Origin: an uncultured Bacteroidales bacterium
GTDB taxonomy: Bacteria; Bacteroidota; Bacteroidia; Bacteroidales; P3
Length of the DNA: 64,000 nt
NCBI GenBank assembly: GCA_947165255.1
Contig: CAMUZR010000016.1
Coordinates: 875 to 64,874, forward strand
Direction: 5' to 3'
Position 1 is the first letter of the stretch, and every line of letters begins with the position of its first letter. The notes under the pieces are model-generated. The model saw only the letters and a program-made list of their open reading frames with translations, ran no database searches and was not told the DNA's origin. The position numbers and the translations under genes are program-made. This document shows, piece after piece, positions 27,686 through 38,956 of the stretch.

Positions 27686-28879
27686 TTAGTCGAGCAGTGG
27701 GATTATGCGGAGTAGGGCGGAATGGAGCGCGTCGATGTCGGCGGTGGTGGTGTAGCAGGCGAAGGAGGCACGGACGGTGCCGGGGATGCCGTAGCGGTCC
27801 ATGATGGGCTGGGTGCAGTGGTGTCCGGTGCGGACGGCGACGCCCAGTTTGTCGAGAAGGGTGCCCACATCGTAGGGGTGGGCGTTGCCTATCAGGAAGG
27901 ATATGACACCCACTTTGCCTGGAGCGGTGCCGAAGAAACGGATGTTGGGGACGGTGGCCAGGCGGTCCATGGCGTATGCCATGAGTTGCTCTTCGTGGCG
28001 GACGATGGAGTCCATGCCCTGGCTTTGGATAAAGTCGATGGCGGCTCCGAGCCCCAGCACGTCGCCCACAGAGGGGGTGCCGGCTTCGAACTTATAGGGC
28101 AGTTCGTTGTAGGTGGTCTTTTCGAAGGTGACATCTTTTATCATCTCTCCCCCTCCTTGGTATGGGGGCAGCTGGTTGAGGAGTTCCTCGCGGCCGTACA
28201 TGACGCCGACCCCCATGGGGGCGTACATTTTGTGACCAGAGAAGCAGTAGAAGTCGCATCCGAGGTCTTGGACGTCGACCGGCATGTGGGCGACGGCCTG
28301 GGCACCGTCGACGAGGACTGGAACCTGATGGCTGTGGGCAATACGGACCATCTCCTTAATGGGATTGACGGTGCCGAGGGTGTTGGACACGTGGTTGACC
28401 GCCACGAGCCGCGTGTGGGAGGAGAAAAGTGAGCCGTAGGCCTCAAGGTCAAGAATGCCCTCGTCGGAGAAAGGGATGACCCGAAGACGGGCACCGACCT
28501 GCTCACAAGCCAACTGCCAGGGGACTATATTGGAGTGGTGTTCCATGCCGGAAACGATGACTTCGTCACCCGACTGGAGGAACTGGCGGCCGAAGGTGGC
28601 CGCCACAAGATTGATGCTTTCGGTGGTGCCACGGGTGAAGACAATCTCCTTGTTGGAGGCTGCATGAATGAACTGCTGCACTTGTAGGCGGACTGCCTCG
28701 TAGCGTTCGGTGGCACGGGTGGCCAGGTAGTGGGTGCCGCGATGTATGTTGCTGTTGAGCGTGAGGTAGTAATTGGTGAGGGCGTCGACCACCTGTTGGG
28801 GTTTCTGGGTGGTGGCGGCGTTGTCGAGATAGACCAGCGGGTGTCCGTAGACCTGGGTATCGAGAATGGGGAAATCCAT
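27686..28879 (-). CDS. sufS: Cysteine desulfurase, SufS/CsdA type
   Basis: Contains LDNAATTQKP, FSGHKMYAPMGVGV (PLP lysine) and RTGHHCTQP (catalytic Cys loop). The start is set at MDFPILD. Confidence 0.85.
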   Translation of the reverse strand: MDFPILDTQVYGHPLVYLDNAATTQKPQQVVDALTNYYLTLNSNIHRGTHYLATRATERYEAVRLQVQQFIHAASNKEIVFTRGTTESINLVAATFGRQFLQSGDEVIVSGMEHHSNIVPWQLACEQVGARLRVIPFSDEGILDLEAYGSLFSSHTRLVAVNHVSNTLGTVNPIKEMVRIAHSHQVPVLVDGAQAVAHMPVDVQDLGCDFYCFSGHKMYAPMGVGVMYGREELLNQLPPYQGGGEMIKDVTFEKTTYNELPYKFEAGTPSVGDVLGLGAAIDFIQSQGMDSIVRHEEQLMAYAMDRLATVPNIRFFGTAPGKVGVISFLIGNAHPYDVGTLLDKLGVAVRTGHHCTQPIMDRYGIPGTVRASFACYTTTADIDALHSALLRIIPLLD

Positions 28880-28883
28880 AGCA

Positions 28884-29099
28884 CTAAATCTGTTTATACT
28901 TGATATACATGACTGCCAGAAAGACAAGGATGAGGGCAAGGAAGATATAGAAAGCCCAGCTGCAGCCGGGTTTGGGCAGGGGACGGTCCTTGCGAGTGAA
29001 GAGCCGGGCCCATTTGATTTTGGCGTCTATCTCTTCGGGCGTTTTTTCGGGGCGGTCGAAATCGTACATACTTTCAATTGTTTCGGAGGAAGACAGCAC
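28884..29099 (-). CDS. Small tail-anchored membrane protein, unknown function
   Basis: 71 aa with a single C-terminal TM (WAFYIFLALILVFLAVMYI), packed tightly between the DedA gene and sufS. Confidence 0.45.
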   Translation of the reverse strand: MLSSSETIESMYDFDRPEKTPEEIDAKIKWARLFTRKDRPLPKPGCSWAFYIFLALILVFLAVMYIKYKQI

Positions 29100-29884
29100 T
29101 AAACCTTAGCGTTGGGGGTGGATTTTCTACGCTTGCGGATAAGGGCTCGCACGATGAAAAAGGCGACTGCGGCGCAGAAGATGACGATGATGATGACGGA
29201 GAGTTCATGGCTGTAGCGCTCGATGACGGAGGGGTCGGCAGCACGGTAGGCCAGATAGCCTAAAAGGGCAAGGATGCAGTTCCAGACGGCGGCGCCAAGA
29301 AAGGTGAAGAGGGAGAAGGCTGCAATGTTCATTTTGGAGAGACCGGCAGGGATGGATATGAGCTGTCGGATGACGGGAATGAGCCGTCCCACCAAGGTGG
29401 ACACATTGCCGTGCTGGTTGAAATAGTCTTCGGCACGTTGGACATTTTCCTTTGAGAGCCGCAGAAGGTGGCCCACTTTGCTGTCGGCAAAGGCGTAGAT
29501 GATAGGCCGCCCAAGCCAACGGGAAAGGAAATAGTTGATGTAGGCACCCAACATGGCTCCGAGGGTGCCGATAAGTACGATGAGCCATATTTTCATACCG
29601 CCCTTGGTGTCGGGGTTGCTGGCCACATAGACAGCCGGCGGGATGACCACCTCGGAGGGGAAGGGGATGAAGGAGCTTTCGAGGGTCATGAGCAGGCCGA
29701 CGGCAGAGTAGTTCATGTGGGCGTCGTACCAAGTGAGTAGGTCGGCGACAAAGCCAGAAGAGTTGCTGTCGGTGCCACGAACCTGTTCGGCAATGTTTTG
29801 CCCCTCGTTGGCGGCATTGGTTTGGGCAAAGGCAAACTGGCAGGCAAAAAGGGCCAGCAGCAGGATGTAGACTTTTTTATTCAT
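29099..29884 (-). CDS. DedA/VTT-domain family membrane protein
   Basis: Signal/TM N-terminus, a SFIPFPSEVVIPP re-entrant motif and GRLIPVIRQLISIPAG, all typical of DedA. Confidence 0.78.
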   Translation of the reverse strand: MNKKVYILLLALFACQFAFAQTNAANEGQNIAEQVRGTDSNSSGFVADLLTWYDAHMNYSAVGLLMTLESSFIPFPSEVVIPPAVYVASNPDTKGGMKIWLIVLIGTLGAMLGAYINYFLSRWLGRPIIYAFADSKVGHLLRLSKENVQRAEDYFNQHGNVSTLVGRLIPVIRQLISIPAGLSKMNIAAFSLFTFLGAAVWNCILALLGYLAYRAADPSVIERYSHELSVIIIVIFCAAVAFFIVRALIRKRRKSTPNAKV

Positions 29885-29901
29885 AGGCGGTTTGTATCAT
29901 A

Positions 29902-31191
29902 TTAGGTGTTAATAAAATTGACTATTTCTATGTCATGCGAGAATTCGGGGTAGTAGGCTAAAAGCGTGGGATAGAGCGACCCGAATTCGCGGAAATCCTC
30001 TTGCAAAAGGGAGAAAAGACGGTTGCGCAGGCCCGACTTATAGTAGCAGTAGAGCAGACGGGAGTCGAATGCAAAACGGTCGGTGGCATCGGCTCGCGAA
30101 CTTTCGAGCAGGGCACAGGCCTCGGCAAAACGTTCATTATTAATATATAGGTCGGCAAGGCAGAGCCAGTGGGAGTCGGAATCGGGATTGAGGTCGATGG
30201 CACGGCGGTAATAGCCGGCTGCTTCATCGGGATAGCCCAAACACTCACTGCAGCGTCCGAGTTCGTTCCAGGCATCGCTGTAGGTGGGATCTTCTTTAAG
30301 GGCATCGTGATAATAGGTTGAAGCGGTGTGGTAGTTGCCTTCGTCTAGATAGGTGTGCCCGATAAGGTAGAGGATATGAGGCCGGTCGGAGGTATAGTCG
30401 AGGGCATCGCGTAGGGCTTGGACAGAACGCGTTATATCGCCTAGCCGACGATAGGATTCGGAAAGACCCAGATAGGCCTGAACGAAGGTTTTGTCGATGG
30501 CGATGGCGTACTCATAGGCATCGGCAGATTTCTCGAAGAGCGAGAGCCAGCCGTAGACAATACCCAGGCAATACCATCCATTCTTGGAGAAGGGATGGTC
30601 GGACAGCAGCTGAGTCAGGAAAGACTGGGTCTGTGTGTCCTGTCCTTGGGAATCCCAAAGGCAGGCCAGGTTGTAGAGGGAGCGGCCTTCGTCGGGGTTG
30701 ACGTCGATGGACTTGCGATAGTAGTTAACGGCCTGGTCAATGTTGCCAAGTTGGCAGTACTCGTCGGCTATGTTGCCATATACCAGGTCCAGCTGATAGC
30801 CGTCGGCGGCAGTTTTTAGGTAGTAGTCGATAGCCTTTGGCGGCTGGCCAGTGAGGCTATAGAAAGTGGCCATGGCATAGCACACGTCGGTGTTGTCGGG
30901 TTCGGAACGTTCGAGGCTTTTGAGTATGTCCAGGGCCTCGGAATATTGCCCACGGATGCCTAAAAGGTGGGCTCGCCTGAGACGTATTGAATTGCTGTTG
31001 GGGAAGAGTTGCTCGCCCAAAGTCACTGCCGACTCAAGACCCTCCACATCATAAACTTCGAGATAGTAGTCGGCTATGATTTCTAACTGATCTACATCGA
31101 AATAAGAGGCATGGCCATCTCGCTGCTTCTCGAAGGCGAGAACCAGTTCGCGGACATCCTGTTCGAAATTCTTAAATCGGTCTAAATTCAT
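29902..31191 (-). CDS. Tetratricopeptide (TPR) repeat protein
   Basis: Reiterated 34-residue A/Y/L patterns (AxxYYxxAIxxxP) run throughout the protein. Confidence 0.75.
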   Translation of the reverse strand: MNLDRFKNFEQDVRELVLAFEKQRDGHASYFDVDQLEIIADYYLEVYDVEGLESAVTLGEQLFPNSNSIRLRRAHLLGIRGQYSEALDILKSLERSEPDNTDVCYAMATFYSLTGQPPKAIDYYLKTAADGYQLDLVYGNIADEYCQLGNIDQAVNYYRKSIDVNPDEGRSLYNLACLWDSQGQDTQTQSFLTQLLSDHPFSKNGWYCLGIVYGWLSLFEKSADAYEYAIAIDKTFVQAYLGLSESYRRLGDITRSVQALRDALDYTSDRPHILYLIGHTYLDEGNYHTASTYYHDALKEDPTYSDAWNELGRCSECLGYPDEAAGYYRRAIDLNPDSDSHWLCLADLYINNERFAEACALLESSRADATDRFAFDSRLLYCYYKSGLRNRLFSLLQEDFREFGSLYPTLLAYYPEFSHDIEIVNFINT

Positions 31192-34100
31192 TAAAAGCTA
31201 AATCTTACAGTTATGCCACCTTTGGTGGTGGAGTTGGGATAGGAATTGGAGATATAGGGGGTGTTGATGTTGGTTTGGAAGAAAGCACGGAGCGTTAGGG
31301 AGGTGGAGAGTGCATACTCGGCAGAGACCTCGGCCATCCACACTTCACTTCCGGAGGAAACTTGACTGATATTCTGATTGATTTTGCGGATATTGGTTTT
31401 GTTGCTGTTGTAGGTAAGGTTGAGCTGGAGGACGATATCGCTCTTCAGGTGGTGGGTTTCTTCGGCCACCTTAATATCGATGGCCACATCCTTGAATCGG
31501 TAGCCGCCGCCAAAGGTAATGCCTTTACGGGTGGTTTCGGTGAGTTGGTTGTTGGAGAAGCTGAGGTTGAGAGTACGATTTTTCTGAATAGAGAAATTGA
31601 GTTGGATGCTGTTGGTCATGCTCATGGCAAAACGGATAAGGGGGTTGAATTGCTCGGTAATCTGAACCCCCTCCATGCTGACGGGCGCGATAAAGTCGCC
31701 ATTGGTGTTGAAGACAGTCTCTTGGCCGTAATCGTAATTGTCTAATCCGGAGATGGCCGCATCGGTATAGTAGTTGCCAATGGAATAGGTGGAAGAATAT
31801 TTGTGAGAGATGGAGATGTTGGTGAACCATTTCTTGAGAGCCTGTATTTTGTTGAGTCCATTGTAATTGATTGACCAGTTGGGCAACGGGAGGGCCAGGA
31901 ATGGCGAGAAGCCATAGGTGGAGGCGTCCTTGCCAAGATAGGTGGCGAGGAAACTGGTGAGCAGCACCGACTGCTGGTTAGGTCCGTAGCCATAACGGTA
32001 GTACTGGCCGCTCATGGAGTCGATCACTTGCTGATTGGTGAGGGGGTCGGGATTGAGGTCGGCAAGACGGTCGGAGACGATATGACGGTTGTTGAGGAAG
32101 GTGGAGTAGAGTGTGCTGTCGTCGACAAAGGAGGTGGCCCAACTCCAAGTGGTGGTGGAATAGGTACCCGACATAATATAGGAAAGAGGCCCCTGTACAC
32201 GGTCCCAGTCGAGTAGATATTTATAATAGTATTCCTCGCGAGACTGATAGCTTTGGGTGGCGTTTATATCTATTTTGAAATCGCGAATAGGTTCGATAGA
32301 GGCTTGCATGGTCAGCATACGATTCACCGTATTGTAATGAGCCGTATTCATTAGTGGGTCACGTGAGAGGAGGTCGTTCTGGAGGAGTCTCTCCACAAGG
32401 CCATCGTTGTAGCCTAGCACAAAAGAAGGCCCAGGCGCCCAGCCATTGGTTGGGTCCATTCCTAGGAAGCTGGCTGTGCCCATATAGCCGGGGAGGAATG
32501 AGCCGGTGGAATTGCTATATTGCATGCCGAACGATTTAAGCATGGTGGCAAAACGGATGCCGAAATTGGCAATATTGGTAAGGGTCTCTGCTAGTTGCGC
32601 ACGGCGCACCGAGTCGGGATTGTTGGCTCGTGCGATGGAGTCCTGAACCATTTTATCGCGTTCCTTCTTAGACATGCGCTTGGGATCCTTAGGCGGGGTG
32701 GCAGATTTCTGTTTATATGCATTCTTTATGAACGGGAATCGGTTGTAGAGGGTCTGCATCTGTCCTGTGACAGAGGCCTGCAACTGACCGGACGCATTGA
32801 GGGTAGAGCCATGTGAAGCCAAGGCCTGCGTGGTGCCTAAGAAATTATATGTCGAGCGGTAGGTGATAGGCACTCGGAGGAAATCGAGGTAAGGCAACTT
32901 CGTGATGGGAACCTCCCAAGTGAGGCTGACAGTTTGCTGGAAGTTCTGCATGGTGCCACCCTTAGACAACCCGCTCCAAATGCTGTCGCGGCTTTCGCGA
33001 GTGTCAACGCGGCCCACAGGCTCGTCGATACGGGCGTTGGCCGAAGCGCTATATTGGAGATGGATACTGCGGCTGAGGTCGTACTGTATCCCATAGTCGC
33101 GTCGCCAAGTGAACTGTTTAAAATAGGTGGGTTTGATGATTACCAGTGCCGTGCCCTTATTGCGAAGAAGAGTCTCCTCGTAGTTTCGGAAAATCTCCGT
33201 ACTGAAGGAAAGCGATTTGGGCTTATAATAGAGATTGAAGTCCTTTATGAATTTGCCGTTTTTGCCATTGATAAACTTGGAGCTAGACTTGGCAAAAGGT
33301 GCAAAGAGACCGGGGTCTTGAGGCGAATAGGCATAGGTAAAACCGCCTCTATGGAGGTCTTTATTATAGTACTCTATTTCATCGTCAGATGAACGTTCGC
33401 GCGAGTAGGCATAAGAGAAGGTAAAGTTCTCTATATCGAAAAAATGGGGCTTAAGGGCTCCCTTGCCGGTACGTTCCTTCCGGACGTTGGTGAGCGTGAG
33501 ATTGGTCGTTGTCTTACGCTCCTGCGTCATCTTTCGCACACTGTCACGTTCGGACGCCGTGGGGTAAGTCTTGAGGTCTTCTTTCAGGCGCACGTCAGGG
33601 TCGAGGGGGTTGTATTCGGGAGAGCCGATTTGCTTGTTCCAATCGAGATAGAGAGGCATGCGGATGCCCCACTTTTCTGGGAGGAATTTGCCCAATTCCA
33701 TGTCTAGGGTCGATTGGAGCTGTAATGTATTGACCAGTTCTAGAGAGGTAGGATTGTCCTCTAGATTTCCAAAACCGGCAGAAGTGTAGGAACCGTAGAG
33801 TGAAAGATTGCCGAGGTCGGCAAGGTTGGTTCTGGCCAATGCCATGGCAGCCACACCACCACGGTTGTTAAAGTCGGAGAGACGCAACTCGTTGACCCAC
33901 ACAATGCATGACTTTGGCAACATGTTGTTCCCGTCATCTAGGGTTTCCTTTTTGGGGTTGCGTACTCCTATCATTATGACTTTGACCTTACCCAGATTGG
34001 GAGTACCAAGAACTGTATATCTGCGTCCGTCGGAATATTCGCTGTAGAGCAACTGACTGCTGTAGTTAATGTCGCCGCTGCGGATAAGGCGGTTACGGTT

Positions 34101-37100
34101 CGTCTTGATATCTACCATTTTGGTAAGGTCTATTTCGACATTATTGCCGATTGGCCAGATGGCGTATGGATCATCCTTTCCCACGCCCCAGTTGGTAAAC
34201 TGGAGAGGTACCTCATATTCATAATAGTTGTTGGTGTAGTCGCTTCCCAGTCGGACGAAAAGCACCAAGTCGCCATCGTTAATTGGGTCCGACTCGGCTT
34301 TCTTCTCGGCATGAACGAACATCTTGACTTTTCCGTAATTGCGTAGGTCGTAAGATGTGCTGCGATATACCGCACGTGCATCGCCTGAGGCCAAATCGGT
34401 TATATCAAGCGAGAGGGCCTGCTCGTTAAGCTGGGTAGAGGTAGAAGAGGTGCTGTACCACTGCTCACGTTCAATCCCAGGAGGCAGCACGTATGGAACA
34501 GGATAACGGCTCCCGTTCTCTTCGATATTGACAGTGCTGATGCTGAAAGAGGTATTGGCTCCCGTGCCTGTGGTGTAGTCGCCCGGCTGAAGGAGGTCCT
34601 CGGTATATTTACGCCAAGTGGCATAAACCAATTCCAATGAAGCAAAACGCAGAAAAACAGGCTCCTCAAAATCGTTTAGGAACATACGCATAAAACGAAT
34701 GGACTGAAAGCCATTCAACTTTCCTATCAGCTGGTCATATTCGCGGACGGGAATGCGGAACTGATACCATTTGCAACTAGTGGTGGTTCCATTCGGCAAG
34801 GGTACGTTTTGGGCCTCTTGAATGTCAACAATATGGTTCTCGCCAATCACCATTTTGGTCGGGTCAAGTTCTATTACATACTGATAATAGTTCTCACCCT
34901 CGCTGAGCGTATTGTCCTTATTGATGTCCTCTACATTGGGATAAATCGAGGCAGCCGTAGTATAGCTCTCTGTATTGTCTGCATTGGCATGTGAGTTACC
35001 TTCAGGATTGTTGTAATACTTGTAGCGCTCTACAATCTTAAGATTCTGCTGGTCGTAGTCTGAACCCAAGTGGTAGTGGAAATCATCGCCCGAAGGGTCG
35101 GACATGGCCATCTGATAGGCTTGGGAAGAGGTGCCGAAAAGAAGTGCTATACTGTCGATGTACCAGGAAAAGAAGGACTGCTCATCGGTGCTTCCGAAAG
35201 TACTGCTGAGCCCGTCGTACCCAATGTCCTGATACTTACGGGACGACTCGTCGTTATCGAAAGCGTTGACAATAGGCTGCGTGTTGGGCACTCGTCCCCA
35301 AATGGTAGTGTCCACGCCTGAGAGGTCGTTCGGATTGGTCGGCAGGCCGTTCTCAAAGCTCTTACGCCCGTCTCGCAGTATATCCTCGCTTATGTCACCC
35401 AGATTAATATATAGTTTACCCCCGGTGTGGTTAGGATTTTCTATAAAGGGATCCATCAGCCAAAATTCGAGTGTTTCGATATTTTGTGTTTCAAAGTCGG
35501 TATAGTCCAATTCGCGCATGATGCCACCCCAGCGACTTTTCGGATTGGCCAGTTTGCCCTCCGGGGTCAGACCGGCGCTATAGGCAGTGGGCGAAAGGTC
35601 GTAATTATAAGGACCTCGCTCTTCGGGGTAATACGACAAATTCAACTCAAAAACATAACTATAGTCACCTTTCACCAATTCTTTATTTGGAAACACCTCC
35701 GTTTCCAAAATACGTCGGGCATAAGGCTGCGACCGGTCGTCGTCGTCAATGTTGCTGGGACTGTTCCTTGCATAGAAAGTCTGGTCAATACGGTACCACG
35801 ACAATTTTGCCCTATTAAATCCATAGGCTAGGCCGGTTCCCAGGCGCGTTTCGGGGAACTGCGGAAGGGTTATCTGATAGTCCTGCGGGGTGCTGGCCAA
35901 ATGCCAGTAGGTAATACCCTTTAGGTCAATGCTGCTCTCTGCCCCCTCAAAGTCATCAATATAAGTTACTATTCCGTCTCTGCTCCCGGTGGAGGCCAAA
36001 CCCGGAATTAGCTGGGCAAATTCGCCCTTAAACGTTAGTGTCGAAGGCGCTTTCGTGTCAATACCAGGCAGCAGGTCGACAAATTTAGTAATGAACGGTG
36101 CGTCATGACGGTAGCTCACATCAAATCCCCAGATACTATTACTAGTAGGCTCCTCTCCAAAATTGTTTTTCTGCGTCAACGGCTTCTCCGAAAGGTTCAT
36201 AAAGGTGGCTCCGACATTAAAGTCGGGCTGAATTTCGTAATTCAGATGAGTGCCCACCATAGTTTTTGTGGTCATGCTGAAAGAGTTATCCTCGCAGCTG
36301 ACACTGATAGGAGTGCCGCTGGAAAGAATACTCTCATTGATGATGCGCACCGTCCCCATTGTGTAATCGACCGTATAGTCCACATTCTCAATGAGTGGCA
36401 CCCCACCTGCAGTCACCGTTACCGACCCTTGCGACACACTGTATCCCAACGATATTTCGCCACTGACCGTACTTGAGTAATAGCCCTCAATATAGAACTT
36501 ATTTTTATCGGCATATTGCTGTGCCAGTGTACGGGTCATCGTATAGAGGGAGTCAAAGCAATACTGTTTGGCAAATGCATCGTCGCCAAGTAGCTGTCGC
36601 AAATCTTTTCCGAAGGGCTCCACGTATGGGAAGAAAATGCGGCCGGTGCTCGCTTGGATGGTGCCACCTTTATAGGCTGCACTATCAAACCAATCGAAGA
36701 CCCCGTCGGCGTAAAAATAATTCTGCGAAGCATCCATGCGGTCTAGTCCAAAGAGTTCAATCAGCGGTATGCCCTCCTTGGGTCCGTCGGTGAAATAGCC
36801 AATTCCTACGCCTCCTTCCTTACTTTCGTATAGCACGTTCAGGCGGAAATTGTCTCTCCCTATCTGTGTGCTCTTCAGAAAGTACACGTTCTTCATCATC
36901 AGCTTCCACAGCGGGCTGTGCACGTCAATGCTCGTTCCCTTTATCAGCTTTACCACCAGTGTGTTGGGGTCATTAATACCATCTGTTGTCAGCTCGCCAA
37001 CCTGATACACGGTCTCGTCCCCAATCACCTGATACTGAAATGCTACAGCCAACATCTGGTCGGCGCTGAGGGCTTGGCTGAGCGTGATAAAACCTAACTC

Positions 37101-38312
37101 CTCGTTATAAGTATATTCACTACTGGTGAGCAGTCGTGCGCTTTCAATTTTTTCGTAATCGGTCCCTGAGGAAAACCCTAGCCCCTGCATATACGAGGTC
37201 ACGTTATTAATACTGCGTATGCGGGCCGGATTCATATATTGCAGCAGGTTGTTGCTCCCATTGCTCGGCAATTCCGAGTAGCCTCCCACAAGGTGGGCAC
37301 TGCTGGGCCTGTTTTCTCCCAGGTCGGTAAGGGCTAGAATGTTGCGGTTATTCGTAACCGCGGCTCCCACATTGGTTCGCCACACCTCCATTCTGATAAT
37401 CTTAATATTCGTGTTCGGCGTGGGCAGCGTCGACATGGCTTCGTTGTAGTGCTCGTAAAAGTACTGGGAGATAAAATAGTGGCGGTTCTCCTCGTACTCG
37501 TCGGCCCTTATTTCAAACTCCTGAACCGATGCTCCGCCCTGCACCTGCATATTCTCCGTGCTGGTCTCTTTTTGCGAGAGGACGGCATCCACGGTCAGCT
37601 TGCCAAACTTCAGTTTCGTATGGAACCCCCATAGCTCCTGGCTTCCCTTAATAAGGGTTGTATTCAATGGGAACGAAATATCAGCTGCCTCAAATAGCTG
37701 AATGATATCATCTTCCTTTCCCTCATACTTTAGCTTGATTTTATTCTCAAAATCGAAAGTGGCCTGGGTGTTCCAGTTAATATCAAAATCAAAGAGGTCG
37801 CCTATCTTGGCATTCAGGCTTACCTGGATATTCTCATCAAAATCGAAATAAGGATTGCTTCGGGCGTTCACATCCAGCTGTGGGTCGTCGCGATAAGTGT
37901 GAACCATCTGAAAAGTTAGGTCTGCGCTGCCCGTCGGAGTAATACTGATTTCAGGTATGGCCAATAAACCATCCACTTTGCGACTGATTTCGCTAAAACC
38001 CGGTATGCGGCTCAGCAGTCCTGCATCGGCAGCCGTGTCGCCTGTGGCAGAGCGGTCATGCCAGTATTTCTTCATCAGTTGGTTCATCTGGTAGTCCTGG
38101 TACTCTTCAAAAGTAAGGTACTCTCGGTTGATTACCATGTCACCCAACATGGTGATACGCACGTAGCTATCGGTCTTGGCATCATACTCCACCGTCGTGG
38201 TGATGCCCTCGGTAGGCTCCTGCGCCTGTGCCTGATTAGGAAAGAACAGTATAATATGCAGCAAAAGTGCCGCCACTAATAATGGCAGCCTGCACAACAT
38301 ACTATGAACCAA
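31191..38312 (-). CDS. sprA: Type IX secretion system translocon SprA (Sov)
   Basis: 2373 aa giant beta-barrel-type protein with a signal peptide. The size and the conserved position immediately downstream of ruvA are characteristic of sprA in Bacteroidota. Confidence 0.85.
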   Translation of the reverse strand: MVHSMLCRLPLLVAALLLHIILFFPNQAQAQEPTEGITTTVEYDAKTDSYVRITMLGDMVINREYLTFEEYQDYQMNQLMKKYWHDRSATGDTAADAGLLSRIPGFSEISRKVDGLLAIPEISITPTGSADLTFQMVHTYRDDPQLDVNARSNPYFDFDENIQVSLNAKIGDLFDFDINWNTQATFDFENKIKLKYEGKEDDIIQLFEAADISFPLNTTLIKGSQELWGFHTKLKFGKLTVDAVLSQKETSTENMQVQGGASVQEFEIRADEYEENRHYFISQYFYEHYNEAMSTLPTPNTNIKIIRMEVWRTNVGAAVTNNRNILALTDLGENRPSSAHLVGGYSELPSNGSNNLLQYMNPARIRSINNVTSYMQGLGFSSGTDYEKIESARLLTSSEYTYNEELGFITLSQALSADQMLAVAFQYQVIGDETVYQVGELTTDGINDPNTLVVKLIKGTSIDVHSPLWKLMMKNVYFLKSTQIGRDNFRLNVLYESKEGGVGIGYFTDGPKEGIPLIELFGLDRMDASQNYFYADGVFDWFDSAAYKGGTIQASTGRIFFPYVEPFGKDLRQLLGDDAFAKQYCFDSLYTMTRTLAQQYADKNKFYIEGYYSSTVSGEISLGYSVSQGSVTVTAGGVPLIENVDYTVDYTMGTVRIINESILSSGTPISVSCEDNSFSMTTKTMVGTHLNYEIQPDFNVGATFMNLSEKPLTQKNNFGEEPTSNSIWGFDVSYRHDAPFITKFVDLLPGIDTKAPSTLTFKGEFAQLIPGLASTGSRDGIVTYIDDFEGAESSIDLKGITYWHLASTPQDYQITLPQFPETRLGTGLAYGFNRAKLSWYRIDQTFYARNSPSNIDDDDRSQPYARRILETEVFPNKELVKGDYSYVFELNLSYYPEERGPYNYDLSPTAYSAGLTPEGKLANPKSRWGGIMRELDYTDFETQNIETLEFWLMDPFIENPNHTGGKLYINLGDISEDILRDGRKSFENGLPTNPNDLSGVDTTIWGRVPNTQPIVNAFDNDESSRKYQDIGYDGLSSTFGSTDEQSFFSWYIDSIALLFGTSSQAYQMAMSDPSGDDFHYHLGSDYDQQNLKIVERYKYYNNPEGNSHANADNTESYTTAASIYPNVEDINKDNTLSEGENYYQYVIELDPTKMVIGENHIVDIQEAQNVPLPNGTTTSCKWYQFRIPVREYDQLIGKLNGFQSIRFMRMFLNDFEEPVFLRFASLELVYATWRKYTEDLLQPGDYTTGTGANTSFSISTVNIEENGSRYPVPYVLPPGIEREQWYSTSSTSTQLNEQALSLDITDLASGDARAVYRSTSYDLRNYGKVKMFVHAEKKAESDPINDGDLVLFVRLGSDYTNNYYEYEVPLQFTNWGVGKDDPYAIWPIGNNVEIDLTKMVDIKTNRNRLIRSGDINYSSQLLYSEYSDGRRYTVLGTPNLGKVKVIMIGVRNPKKETLDDGNNMLPKSCIVWVNELRLSDFNNRGGVAAMALARTNLADLGNLSLYGSYTSAGFGNLEDNPTSLELVNTLQLQSTLDMELGKFLPEKWGIRMPLYLDWNKQIGSPEYNPLDPDVRLKEDLKTYPTASERDSVRKMTQERKTTTNLTLTNVRKERTGKGALKPHFFDIENFTFSYAYSRERSSDDEIEYYNKDLHRGGFTYAYSPQDPGLFAPFAKSSSKFINGKNGKFIKDFNLYYKPKSLSFSTEIFRNYEETLLRNKGTALVIIKPTYFKQFTWRRDYGIQYDLSRSIHLQYSASANARIDEPVGRVDTRESRDSIWSGLSKGGTMQNFQQTVSLTWEVPITKLPYLDFLRVPITYRSTYNFLGTTQALASHGSTLNASGQLQASVTGQMQTLYNRFPFIKNAYKQKSATPPKDPKRMSKKERDKMVQDSIARANNPDSVRRAQLAETLTNIANFGIRFATMLKSFGMQYSNSTGSFLPGYMGTASFLGMDPTNGWAPGPSFVLGYNDGLVERLLQNDLLSRDPLMNTAHYNTVNRMLTMQASIEPIRDFKIDINATQSYQSREEYYYKYLLDWDRVQGPLSYIMSGTYSTTTWSWATSFVDDSTLYSTFLNNRHIVSDRLADLNPDPLTNQQVIDSMSGQYYRYGYGPNQQSVLLTSFLATYLGKDASTYGFSPFLALPLPNWSINYNGLNKIQALKKWFTNISISHKYSSTYSIGNYYTDAAISGLDNYDYGQETVFNTNGDFIAPVSMEGVQITEQFNPLIRFAMSMTNSIQLNFSIQKNRTLNLSFSNNQLTETTRKGITFGGGYRFKDVAIDIKVAEETHHLKSDIVLQLNLTYNSNKTNIRKINQNISQVSSGSEVWMAEVSAEYALSTSLTLRAFFQTNINTPYISNSYPNSTTKGGITVRFSF

Positions 38313-38368
38313 CCGACTGATGACTATTCTTTTTTTCTATCTAAACCATCAAACCAATCTTACCACTT

Positions 38369-38938
38369 CTACAACCGCTTCAACGCCTCCTTTATCAATC
38401 CTTCTACTGAGAGGCTGTTGTCCAAACCCTGCAACACCTTGTCTGCAGCCGCCTTCGGAAATCCCAACATCACCAAGGCACTGAGTGCTTCGTCCTTATG
38501 CTGGCTGAGCACTGGGGCCGTGGCTATGCCCGTACTGCTTCCCCCAACCTTATCTTGCAACTCCAGCACTATGCGTTGGGCAGTCTTGGCACCTATGCCT
38601 TTCACCCGCTGCACCAGTTTCACATCCTGGGTGGCAATAGCGTTAGCCACCTCTTCCACCGAAAGCGACGACAGCATCATGCGGGCCGTGGCCGCTCCCA
38701 CTCCGTTAACCCCCAAGAGCAAACGGAACATTTCGCGCTCCTTTTGGCTAAAGAAGCCACAGAGAATATGGGCATCCTCGCGAATGATTTCATGCACCCA
38801 CAGTTTCACCTCCGTTTTGTCCTGAATGGCGCTATAGGTGTTAAGCGTTATCTCCATCAAATAGCCCACTCCGCCACAGTCCACCACAGCGGTGGCAGCA
38901 GTTAACGAAGCCAGCTTTCCTGAAATGTATTCATACAT
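38369..38938 (-). CDS. ruvA: Holliday junction branch migration protein RuvA
   Basis: MYEYISGKL...GVGY...FGF...LLGVNGVGAATA...VKGIGAKTAQRIVLEL are the HhH motifs of RuvA. Confidence 0.95.
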   Translation of the reverse strand: MYEYISGKLASLTAATAVVDCGGVGYLMEITLNTYSAIQDKTEVKLWVHEIIREDAHILCGFFSQKEREMFRLLLGVNGVGAATARMMLSSLSVEEVANAIATQDVKLVQRVKGIGAKTAQRIVLELQDKVGGSSTGIATAPVLSQHKDEALSALVMLGFPKAAADKVLQGLDNSLSVEGLIKEALKRL

Positions 38939-38956
38939 AGTCTTTTCTTCGCTCCA